Made by a program: the position numbers and the translations under genes. Below are positions 56,587 through 64,000 of a stretch of 64,000 nt of DNA, one piece after another (position 1 is the first letter of the stretch; the number at the start of each line of letters is the position of its first letter). Source of the stretch: Candidatus Aminicenantes bacterium (GTDB taxonomy: Bacteria; Acidobacteriota; Aminicenantia; Aminicenantales; JAFGBC01); assembly GCA_963702005.1 (NCBI GenBank), contig OY969696.1, positions 3,456,001 through 3,520,000 on the forward strand. Direction: 5' to 3'. Under the pieces are notes generated by a model. That model did not search any database and was not told the origin of the DNA. It worked only from the letters and a program-made list of their open reading frames with translations.

Positions 56587-57534
56587 TTAGAAACTTGTAT
56601 TGAAGACCGGAAGGACTTTGAGTCCCCGCGGATTGTCCCGTACGATGTTGACCAGTCCAACCTGCACCCCTTTAACGCTCCAGGCATAGTTGACGATGCC
56701 GACGGATATTCCTATCTGAGCGCCCCTGACGTAGTTGAAGGAACTGGCCGCGAACCCGGTCAGCCGTCCACCCGGGGCGATCTTGATGAAGCCGCCCGCA
56801 ATCTGAATCCCCATGAGGTCTTTGCCGCCGACGGCCAATCCGCCGACCGTAACCCCGCGGACTTCGGGAGCGCCGGCGGCGATCCCGCTCAAGGTGAGGC
56901 CGGTCAGCCGTTCTCCAGCGCCGACGCCGATTCCTCCGATATTGATCCCGGCCACGACTTGGCCGGCGCCGACGCCGACGCCGCCGATATTGATGCCCAC
57001 CAAGTCCTTGCCCGCGCCGACGCCGATCCCGCCGATGTTGATGCCCACCATCGAACCGCCCGCCCCGGCTCCCAGCCCGCCGATCGTGATGCCCTTGATG
57101 TCCTCGCCGGCGCCGATGCCCAAGCCGCCCAGGTTCAGGCCGACGACATTTCCCCCGCAGCCCGCGCCCAAGCCGCCCAGGGTTATTCCCTTAAGATCCT
57201 TCTCCGCGGCGATCCCGAGAATTCCGACCTGAATCCCGCGCAGATAGCCCCCGCCCGGGATGGTTCCGAGCGAGAGACCATGAATGACGGCATCCGCGTC
57301 GTCTTTCCTGGGCTGCCAGAGCGTCACATTGACGCCGTTGATGCGCTTGACTTGGCTGTCCCGGTAATTGAAACGGAGTCCCGAGAAGTGTTTGGAGTTG
57401 CCGAAGCTGATGCCCCAGGTATTCGAAGGAATATCCAGGCTTTGGCCGGCCGAAGCCAAGCCGGCCGTCGCCATGAGAACGGCCGTCGCCAGCAAGCGGA
57501 CGGAGTTCCGCTCGAAACATCCTTGTGTTTTCAT
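56587..57534 (-). CDS. Exported Gly-rich beta-solenoid repeat protein (LA_2272-like)
   Basis: Signal peptide; about eight ~16-aa repeats G(I/L)(N/T)(I/L)GG(I/L)G.GAG; GVQVGLVN; ends VFNTSF. Confidence 0.78.
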   Translation of the reverse strand: MKTQGCFERNSVRLLATAVLMATAGLASAGQSLDIPSNTWGISFGNSKHFSGLRFNYRDSQVKRINGVNVTLWQPRKDDADAVIHGLSLGTIPGGGYLRGIQVGILGIAAEKDLKGITLGGLGAGCGGNVVGLNLGGLGIGAGEDIKGITIGGLGAGAGGSMVGINIGGIGVGAGKDLVGINIGGVGVGAGQVVAGINIGGIGVGAGERLTGLTLSGIAAGAPEVRGVTVGGLAVGGKDLMGIQIAGGFIKIAPGGRLTGFAASSFNYVRGAQIGISVGIVNYAWSVKGVQVGLVNIVRDNPRGLKVLPVFNTSF

Positions 57535-57620
57535 GGAGACTCTCCTCGGGATAGAGATCATCATCGGGAAACGCTCATTGACTAATACGAAACCGCGGGT
57601 TGGAATGTTTCTCTAAAACG

Positions 57621-57657
57621 AAAAAAAACCCTCCCGCCCCAGCCTGGGGCGGGAGGG
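57621..57657 (-). terminator. Rho-independent terminator of the YHS gene
   Basis: 13-bp GC stem CCCTCCCGCCCCA/TGGGGCGGGAGGG followed by U8 on the minus strand. Confidence 0.88.
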
Positions 57658-57686
57658 CTGTAGAAGTAGGGCTCAGCCGAAAAAAT

Positions 57687-58328
57687 TTACTTCTTGGGCT
57701 CTTCCTTCTTGGCCGCCTCCAAGCATTTGGCGCGGCATTCCTTCATCTTGGCGGCCTGGTCCTGGAGGGCCTTGACGAGCTCGGGCGTTTTGGCCGTCAA
57801 GGTGACGACAACGCCGTCCTTGACGTTCTCGACCTTAACCTCGACGTCGGGAGAGCAAAGGGGGCAGGCGCAACCCGCCGCGCCCTGAGCCTTCATCATG
57901 CCGCAGCCCTTGCCCATCTCTTTGCCGGCAGCCTGTTTATGGCCTCCGCAACAGGGCTTGGCTTCCATCAGCTTCGCGGCTTCCTGCGGCTCGGTCTTCT
58001 TGACAAGGTCCATGCCGCACTTGGGGCACTTGCCGGGCTTGTCCGACTCGACGCCCTTGCACATCGGGCATACGTATTTCACGCCCGGCTCGGGCTTGGC
58101 CTGGGTGTACTGAGCGGGATCCTTGAGGAATTTCGCCTTGCACCCTTCGCAGCAGAAATAATACGTCTTGCCCTGGTACTCGACGCTGGCGGGAGCTTCC
58201 GCCTTCTTCATGACCTTCCCGGAAACGGGGCAAGTCACGGTCTCGTCGTTTTGCTGGGCGATCCCGGCCATGACGGCAATGACCGCCAGGGCCAGCACGA
58301 TTGAGAGCCACCGGGTCTTTCTATTCAA
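57687..58328 (-). CDS. Exported YHS-domain / heavy-metal-binding Cys-rich protein
   Basis: TTG start with SD GGAGG; CPVSG...YQGKTYYFCCEGCK.KF..DP (YHS); YVCPMC....DKPGKCPKCGMDLV. Confidence 0.85.
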   Translation of the reverse strand: MNRKTRWLSIVLALAVIAVMAGIAQQNDETVTCPVSGKVMKKAEAPASVEYQGKTYYFCCEGCKAKFLKDPAQYTQAKPEPGVKYVCPMCKGVESDKPGKCPKCGMDLVKKTEPQEAAKLMEAKPCCGGHKQAAGKEMGKGCGMMKAQGAAGCACPLCSPDVEVKVENVKDGVVVTLTAKTPELVKALQDQAAKMKECRAKCLEAAKKEEPKK

Positions 58329-58383
58329 TAGGTTACCTCCTGGGTACCGTTTTGAATTTCTATTTTATCCTTTCTCTCGGAAT

Positions 58384-58481
58384 TGTCAAATCCTCGACAC
58401 TCATGGAAGCCACGATTGCAGGCATTTCGCAGTACTTATGGCCCGTTTCTGGGTCATGAGTGCTGCAAGGCTGCTCCCGCC
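58384..58481. repeat. Intergenic palindromic repeat family A, copy 4
   Basis: tgtcaaatcctcgacactcatggaagcca...gtacttatggccc/gggtcatgagtgc-tgcaaggctgctcc. Confidence 0.72.
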
Positions 58482-58507
58482 GCGATCAGAAGCCTGGCCG
58501 GAAAGGA

Positions 58508-61255
58508 TTATTCCGTCTTGATGGTGAAGGTCCCGTCGCTCACGTCCGAGGGGACATGGTCCGCCGCCTCCCAGATCCGCACCTTGCACTTCGTCGAGGG
58601 CTTGGCGGGTATTTTCCAGCTGTAACTCCCCGTGTTCGGCGCCGAGGCGTCGATCGTCGTCCAGTTCGTCCCGCCGTCGACCGAGTAGCTGATCTTCACG
58701 TCTCCAACCTCTCCCGTCGTCGTCCATTTGATCGTTTGGGTCGTTCCCGCCTTCCAGCTCTCGCCTCCGTTCGGAGAGACGACCGTGAGCGTCGGCTTGG
58801 GGATGATCCAGAATACCTTATCGCTCCGGTCGTAGCCGGGCCCTTCTCGCTCGGCCACCCGGACCCAGACCGTATGAGAGAGGTCGTTCGGCACGGTCCA
58901 GAGATAGGTCTCGTCATCGCGCGTCGCGAAGACGATCGTCTTCCAAGTCTCGCCCTTATCCGTGGAGTAAACAAGCTTGTCGTCGCCGAGCTTATCCCCG
59001 GTCAGCCAGGTGATGGGGTGTTGAGAGCCGACCTCCCATTTCTCGCCGCCGTTGGGGGAGGTGACCCTGATCCAGCCGGCGCAGATCTCGGCCACAAAGG
59101 CATCGGAGATTCCCCCGTTATACGTCAGGTCCGGCCCATACGCCACCGGGAAGCTGGATTCCGAGGAAGAAGACCGCCCCGTCAGAAACTCGTCCCCTGC
59201 CCAGTCCAACGCGATCCCGTTGCCATAATCGCCGCCGCTCCCTCCGATATAGCTGCAGTTGACGAGATCGCGGCCCGTCGCATTGACCTCGGCCACGTAG
59301 GCATCGGAGCCCCCCCCGTTAAATGTGAGGTCCGGCCCACCCTTGACCGGAAAGGAAGCCTCCGTGGACGAGGCGGATCCCGTCACATGGGCGTTCCCCG
59401 CCCCGTCGACCGCAATCCCGTTGCCCGAATCCGTATCGCTCCCTCCGATATAGCCGCAGTAGGCGAGCGCGTCCCCGGCTGAATCGACCTCGGCCACGAA
59501 GGCGTCGGAAGATCCTCCGTTATAGGTTAGGTCCGGCCCGAACGTCACCGGAAAGCTCGTTTCGTCTGACAAGGTATCGCCCGTCAGGTAGGCGTTCCCC
59601 GACCTGTCCACGGCGATCGCCCTGCCCGTGTCCATGCTGATCCCGCCGATGTAGCCGCAATAGATAAGCCCTGTACCGGCCGCGTTGACCTTGGCGACGT
59701 AAGCATCGGTGAGCCCTCCGTTAAAGGTCAGGTCCGGCCCGACCGCCACCGGAAAGCTGGATTCCGAAGACACCGTGGTTCCCGTCACATAAGCGTTCCC
59801 CGACCAATCCAACGCGATGCCGTTGCCATTTTCGGCGTTGTTCCCCCCGATGTAGCCGCAGTAGACAAGCGCCGTCCCGTCCGCATTCACCTTGGCCACG
59901 AAGGCGTCGGTGAGCCCCCCGTTATACGTCAAGTCCGGCCCGACCGCCGCCGGAAAAGTGGCTTGCGTTGACAAGGTGGAGCCCGTCACATAGGCGTTTC
60001 CCGACCCGTCCACCGCGATCCCATTGCCGACATCGGCGCTGCTCCCCCCGATATAGCCGCAGTAGACGAGCGCCGTCCCGGCCGCATTCACCTTGGCCAC
60101 GAAGGCATCGGAGATTCCCCCGTTATACGTCAAGTCCGGCCCGACCGTCACCGGAAAGCTGGTTGGACCGGACAGCGTCGATCCGGTCACATAGGCGTTT
60201 CCTCCCCCGTCCACAGCGATCCCATTGCCGATATCGGCGTTGCTCCCCCCGATATAGCCGCAGTAGACGAGCGCCGTCCCGGCCGCATTCACCTTGGCCA
60301 CGAAGGCATCGGAAAGTCCCCCGTTGTATGTCAGGTCCGGCCCGACCGTCACCGGAAAGCTGGTTGGACCGGACAACGTCGATCCGGTCACATAAGCGTT
60401 TCCTCCCCAGTCCACCGCAATCCCGTTGCCGACATCATTGCTGCTCCCCCCGATGTATCCGCAGTAGATAAAGATAGACGGGTCGAGTACGAGAGGGAGG
60501 GCCGGGTCGTATGTCCCCAGCTCGAACCCGTAAGCGAACCGTTCCCCCCCGCCCGTCGCGGTCTTCGGTTCCGCGGGCTCGTACCGAGCCTTCACCTCGC
60601 GCCGGACCCCGTTCGCTTCCTGCCAGGCCACTGGAACGTCATCCTGGAACGAGGAAACCGGCGTCCGGACTTCGAGCCGGCCCTCCCCGTTCATGGATAC
60701 GCTCTCCGCACCGCGGAGGGCCAGCCGGATCTGCGCCGGATTCGCGCCCTGCTTTACCACGAACTCCGACTTGAGATGGTTCGACGTCCCGCTGTAAATC
60801 AAGTCGATTCCCGGCCACAGCTCCCGATAGACGATTTGCGAATAAGTCTGAAGACCCGTTTTCCACTCCTCGGGCCCGCCCTTGAAATAGGAGATGACCG
60901 CCCCGGTCTCGGCTTCCCCGACGGGGCGGACGTCCGGGTTCGCGCCCAGGAAGTCCAACTTGACGACCCAGCGGACGTTGTCGACGGCCTTCGTCAGGAC
61001 GAACGTCACCCCGTCCGTCTCGAAGTATAAAGTCTTATCCTTCCCCTGAACATAGTACCCAACCCGCGAGTCCAGCTGTCCCCGGTTCTCGATGAAATAG
61101 AGGGGCATCTGCCCGAAATCCATCTGGATCCGGGGAGCCGCTTGGACGGGAGCGACTCCCGCCGGCGGCGTGCTCGCCCCTCTCCCAGCGCCGACCGCTC
61201 CCAGCGCGATGATCAATGCAAAAAAACAGACCGCAAGAACAAAGACCTTTTTCAT
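58508..61255 (-). CDS. SBBP-repeat beta-propeller protein with DUF7948-like N-domain and two C-terminal Ig-like (SPNGGE) domains
   Basis: Start MKKVF with SD AAGGAGG; PLYFIENRGQ; seven 67-aa YCGYIGG repeats; two V.SPNGGE.W..G....I.W modules. Confidence 0.9.
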   Translation of the reverse strand: MKKVFVLAVCFFALIIALGAVGAGRGASTPPAGVAPVQAAPRIQMDFGQMPLYFIENRGQLDSRVGYYVQGKDKTLYFETDGVTFVLTKAVDNVRWVVKLDFLGANPDVRPVGEAETGAVISYFKGGPEEWKTGLQTYSQIVYRELWPGIDLIYSGTSNHLKSEFVVKQGANPAQIRLALRGAESVSMNGEGRLEVRTPVSSFQDDVPVAWQEANGVRREVKARYEPAEPKTATGGGERFAYGFELGTYDPALPLVLDPSIFIYCGYIGGSSNDVGNGIAVDWGGNAYVTGSTLSGPTSFPVTVGPDLTYNGGLSDAFVAKVNAAGTALVYCGYIGGSNADIGNGIAVDGGGNAYVTGSTLSGPTSFPVTVGPDLTYNGGISDAFVAKVNAAGTALVYCGYIGGSSADVGNGIAVDGSGNAYVTGSTLSTQATFPAAVGPDLTYNGGLTDAFVAKVNADGTALVYCGYIGGNNAENGNGIALDWSGNAYVTGTTVSSESSFPVAVGPDLTFNGGLTDAYVAKVNAAGTGLIYCGYIGGISMDTGRAIAVDRSGNAYLTGDTLSDETSFPVTFGPDLTYNGGSSDAFVAEVDSAGDALAYCGYIGGSDTDSGNGIAVDGAGNAHVTGSASSTEASFPVKGGPDLTFNGGGSDAYVAEVNATGRDLVNCSYIGGSGGDYGNGIALDWAGDEFLTGRSSSSESSFPVAYGPDLTYNGGISDAFVAEICAGWIRVTSPNGGEKWEVGSQHPITWLTGDKLGDDKLVYSTDKGETWKTIVFATRDDETYLWTVPNDLSHTVWVRVAEREGPGYDRSDKVFWIIPKPTLTVVSPNGGESWKAGTTQTIKWTTTGEVGDVKISYSVDGGTNWTTIDASAPNTGSYSWKIPAKPSTKCKVRIWEAADHVPSDVSDGTFTIKTE
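59085..60467 (-). repeat. Intragenic tandem repeat, 201-bp period x7
   Basis: ttggccacgaaggc recurs at 59892, 60093 and 60294 (period 201). Confidence 0.88.
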
Positions 61256-61427
61256 GATGCACCGCCTCCTTATCTCAATAGCAATAGGCAAATTTATACA
61301 AAACCCGGTTGCATCTGTCAAGAGCTTATCATGACTCGCTGTCAAGCCGAAGTTGTCGAGCACAAGCCGGAATGAGCTTGGGAAAACGAATGTCCAGCGC
61401 GCTCAGGAACGGAATCAGGAAAAAGAT

Positions 61428-62765
61428 TCAGCCGAGCCGGCGCGCTTCCAGATAGAATCGCTTCTCCCAGGCTTCGCCCATTGAAAAGGTCTTGCGGGGC
61501 AGGGCGCCGTCGAGGATGACGGTCTTGAATAGATCCTCTTTGCGCATGGCCGGGAGATAAACGCCCAGGTTTCCGGGCTTGGCGCCGAGCTGGGCGACCG
61601 TGTTCGCGCCGTGGACATAATCGATTTCGCCGGCCCCCTTGTCCTTCAGATAAGCGTCCAGGAACGCCTGGATGGTGCCGGCCGGAAGGTTCGATCCGGC
61701 GGCGTCGATCTCCAAAACGCTCGACCCGGACTCCCCGATGAGCCCGATCTTGTGGGGCCGGCCCAACTGCGTATCGATCGTTTCCATCATCGACCGAAGG
61801 CAGCAGGACTTGGCGCTCCGGACTCGCCCTTGAAAGAAGGTCCCGGCCTCGGCGGCGACATCCCGGCCGGGCGCCAGCCCGAACAGGACGCGGTGGATGG
61901 GCTCGAAGACGAGCGCCGGATCGTGGAGGTTGACGAGTTCGACCAGAGCGTAGCGGAGCGGCGAAGCCATGACGGCCTTCCGGTCGGCTGCCGCTTCCTT
62001 GGTCTTTTCCCAGATCGTCTTGGCCGTGGCCAGCGAATGGTTCCCATCCCCCATCGCGTAGAGGAGAACGGGCGTCCCGGCCGGTAGTCCGTAGCGGAGG
62101 GCGAACAAGGCCGGATCGGCCAGCCGGCTTAGCGCCGCGACGACGCCCGCCTCGAGCTTCCCCCCCGGAACGCGGTATCCCGCGAGATGCCCCGATTCCA
62201 TCATGAGGTCGAAGTCGTAGAGCTTCTCGAGACGATCCTTGGCTTTCATGAGGGGGCCGACGACGCCGTCGTCCGGGTCATCGATAAGGACCATGATGTG
62301 GGGAAGCTCGATCGGCGCCCCTTCCCGGATCCGGACCCGGGGCGGAATCCGGTCCATGATTGTGCCCTCGGTCGCCCGGATCGGGCTCGTCGCGCTCCTG
62401 CGAAAATCGTAAGCTTCGAGGTCGAGGAGAACGACGATCCCGCGCCGCGTCCGGCCTCGGGTCGTGCGCTCGACGTAGACGAGGCCCTCGACCGACCGGA
62501 ACAGGCCGCAGCCCAGGTAATCGTTCATGGCGGCTCGGATCCGCCCGATCCGGGCGGCCGGGTCGGGCTCATGGAGATAGACCTCGGGGTAAATAAGGTT
62601 CAGGGTCGAAGGGGCGTCCCCGACGAACGCGGCCGCTTTGTCCCAATATTCGGGCTCGGAGGTGAACTGGTCGCAGGCGATGACGGACCACTTGGCCATA
62701 TCGACGCCGGGCTTGGGCAGGAGAATCTTGGGGATCCCGAGGCGGATCGACTCGAAGCTGCGCAT
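61428..62765 (-). CDS. DUF1015-family protein
   Basis: KWSVIACDQFTS, IRATEGT, ELPHIMVLIDD, GDGNHSLATAK, GALPRKTFSMG..EKRFYLE. Confidence 0.9.
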   Translation of the reverse strand: MRSFESIRLGIPKILLPKPGVDMAKWSVIACDQFTSEPEYWDKAAAFVGDAPSTLNLIYPEVYLHEPDPAARIGRIRAAMNDYLGCGLFRSVEGLVYVERTTRGRTRRGIVVLLDLEAYDFRRSATSPIRATEGTIMDRIPPRVRIREGAPIELPHIMVLIDDPDDGVVGPLMKAKDRLEKLYDFDLMMESGHLAGYRVPGGKLEAGVVAALSRLADPALFALRYGLPAGTPVLLYAMGDGNHSLATAKTIWEKTKEAAADRKAVMASPLRYALVELVNLHDPALVFEPIHRVLFGLAPGRDVAAEAGTFFQGRVRSAKSCCLRSMMETIDTQLGRPHKIGLIGESGSSVLEIDAAGSNLPAGTIQAFLDAYLKDKGAGEIDYVHGANTVAQLGAKPGNLGVYLPAMRKEDLFKTVILDGALPRKTFSMGEAWEKRFYLEARRLG

Positions 62766-62831
62766 GGCTTATTCCTTTCTCCGCGAGACCGGGATTATAC
62801 ACCAAAAGGAAAACGGGCGAAAAGCAGCCTT

Positions 62832-62899
62832 GGGGTCAAACCTACACTTTTGCAGTTAGTCTAGATGTTCACTAAGTGTAAAAGTGTAGGTTTGACCCC
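62832..62899. repeat. Intergenic repeat family B, copy 3 (complete 20-bp inverted repeat)
   Basis: GGGGTCAAACCTACACTTTT - 28 nt - AAAAGTGTAGGTTTGACCCC. Confidence 0.88.
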
Positions 62900-62913
62900 G
62901 ATCTTTATTCAGA

Positions 62914-63999
62914 TCAGTCCGGGAACCGGAAACGGCGCAAGCGGAGGGAATTCGACACGACCGAGACCGAGCTGGCGGCCATGGCGGCCGAAGCGATCAT
63001 CGGGTTGAGGACAATCCCGAAGAACGGATAGAGAAGGCCGGCCGCGACCGGAATCCCGGCCGTGTTGTAGATGAAAGCCCAGAATAAATTCTGCTTGATG
63101 GTCCGGATTGTTCGCCGGCTGAGCTCGATGGCCGAGGCGACTCCCCCAAGATCGCCCCGAATCAGCGTGATGTCCGAAGCCTCGAGGGCCACGTCCGTGC
63201 CCGTTCCGATGGCGATTCCGATATCGGCCTGGGCCAAGGCCGGAGCGTCGTTGATGCCGTCGCCGACCATGGCCACTTTCTTCCCGGCCGCCTGAAGGCG
63301 CTTGACCTCGGCGACCTTATCCTGGGGCAGAACCTCGGCGAGCACGGCCTCGATCCCGGCTTGCCGAGCCACGGCTCGGGCGGTCAGGCGGTTGTCGCCG
63401 GTGAGGAGCACGACCTCAAGTCCCATCGCTTTCAACTTCGCTACGGCGAGCGGCGCGCTTTCCTTGAGCGTATCGGCCACGGCGATGCAGCCGGCCGGCC
63501 GGCCGTCCACGGCCACGAGCATGACGGTTTTCCCTTCCGCCTCGAGCTCGGCCGGTTTCGAGGCGCAGTCACGGAAATCGACCCCGCGCTCCCCCATCAG
63601 CCCGGCGTTTCCGATGAGGATGTTCCGGCCGCCGATGCGGGCTTCGATCCCCCGCCCTTCCAGGGCTTGAAAAAGCTCGGGCGCGCCGAGCTCGATCCCC
63701 CGCTCCCGGGCTCTGCTCACGACGGCGGCTCCGAGCGGATGCTCGGAGCTTTTTTCGGCGCTGGCCGCCCAGCGGAGAAGGTCCGTCTCGGAGTACTCCC
63801 CGACCACGAAAAGATCGGTCACGGCCGGTTCGCCCTTGGTCAGAGTCCCCGTCTTGTCGAAGACGATCGTCGTCAGCCGGTGGGCCGTCTCCAGGCTCTC
63901 TCCGCCCTTGATCAGGATGCCGTGCTCGGCGCCGCGGCCCGTCCCGACCATGACCGCCGTCGGCGTCGCCAGGCCTAGGGCGCAGGGGCAGGCGATAAT
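62914..63999 (-). CDS. copA: Copper-translocating P1B-type ATPase (5'-truncated by window)
   Basis: [37 protein letters not shown] and MAASS Cu(I) signatures. Confidence 0.9.
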   Translation of the reverse strand: MIACPCALGLATPTAVMVGTGRGAEHGILIKGGESLETAHRLTTIVFDKTGTLTKGEPAVTDLFVVGEYSETDLLRWAASAEKSSEHPLGAAVVSRARERGIELGAPELFQALEGRGIEARIGGRNILIGNAGLMGERGVDFRDCASKPAELEAEGKTVMLVAVDGRPAGCIAVADTLKESAPLAVAKLKAMGLEVVLLTGDNRLTARAVARQAGIEAVLAEVLPQDKVAEVKRLQAAGKKVAMVGDGINDAPALAQADIGIAIGTGTDVALEASDITLIRGDLGGVASAIELSRRTIRTIKQNLFWAFIYNTAGIPVAAGLLYPFFGIVLNPMIASAAMAASSVSVVSNSLRLRRFRFPD

Positions 64000-64000
64000 C

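Noticed and set aside
59085-60467. Regular repeats as a possible CRISPR array or DGR template/variable pair
   Set aside because: The period is 201 bp and in frame within a protein; there are no unique spacers, cas genes or reverse transcriptase, and no A-specific mismatch pattern was noticed.

Overview
High-GC window from a Gram-negative, probably anaerobic bacterium. Gene content suggests Ca. Aminicenantes/Acidobacteriota (inference): five SBBP beta-propeller paralogs, an Acidobacterial-type VWA protein, IOR plus an ADP-forming acyl-CoA ligase, system II cytochrome c maturation and a multi-permease ABC cluster. No rRNA, tRNA, CRISPR array or transposase was recognised. Main observations: (1) The 5'-truncated Asp-box beta-propeller gene at the left edge has an in-frame TGA (209-211) followed by a perfect 8-bp hairpin whose apex (AGGTCT) matches the E. 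coli fdhF SECIS loop, making it a candidate selenocysteine-containing beta-propeller. (2) An apparently leaderless, operator-controlled operon encodes a SufS-like desulfurase, a 13-aa Cys-Cys peptide, a small membrane protein and a CxxC PP-loop ATPase, facing a three-Cys Rrf2 regulator. (3) A 14-kb export locus has TolC, a NEW3/alpha-hairpin protein, one ATPase and seven permeases, with two divergent sigma-54 promoters near an NtrC-type two-component system. (4) There are three families of intergenic palindromic repeats, one of which repeatedly supplies a TTGAC -35 box to the neighbouring gene. Single-base frameshifts at ~30330 and 44600-46900 are most likely assembly errors. Family names come from motif recognition, not database searches.
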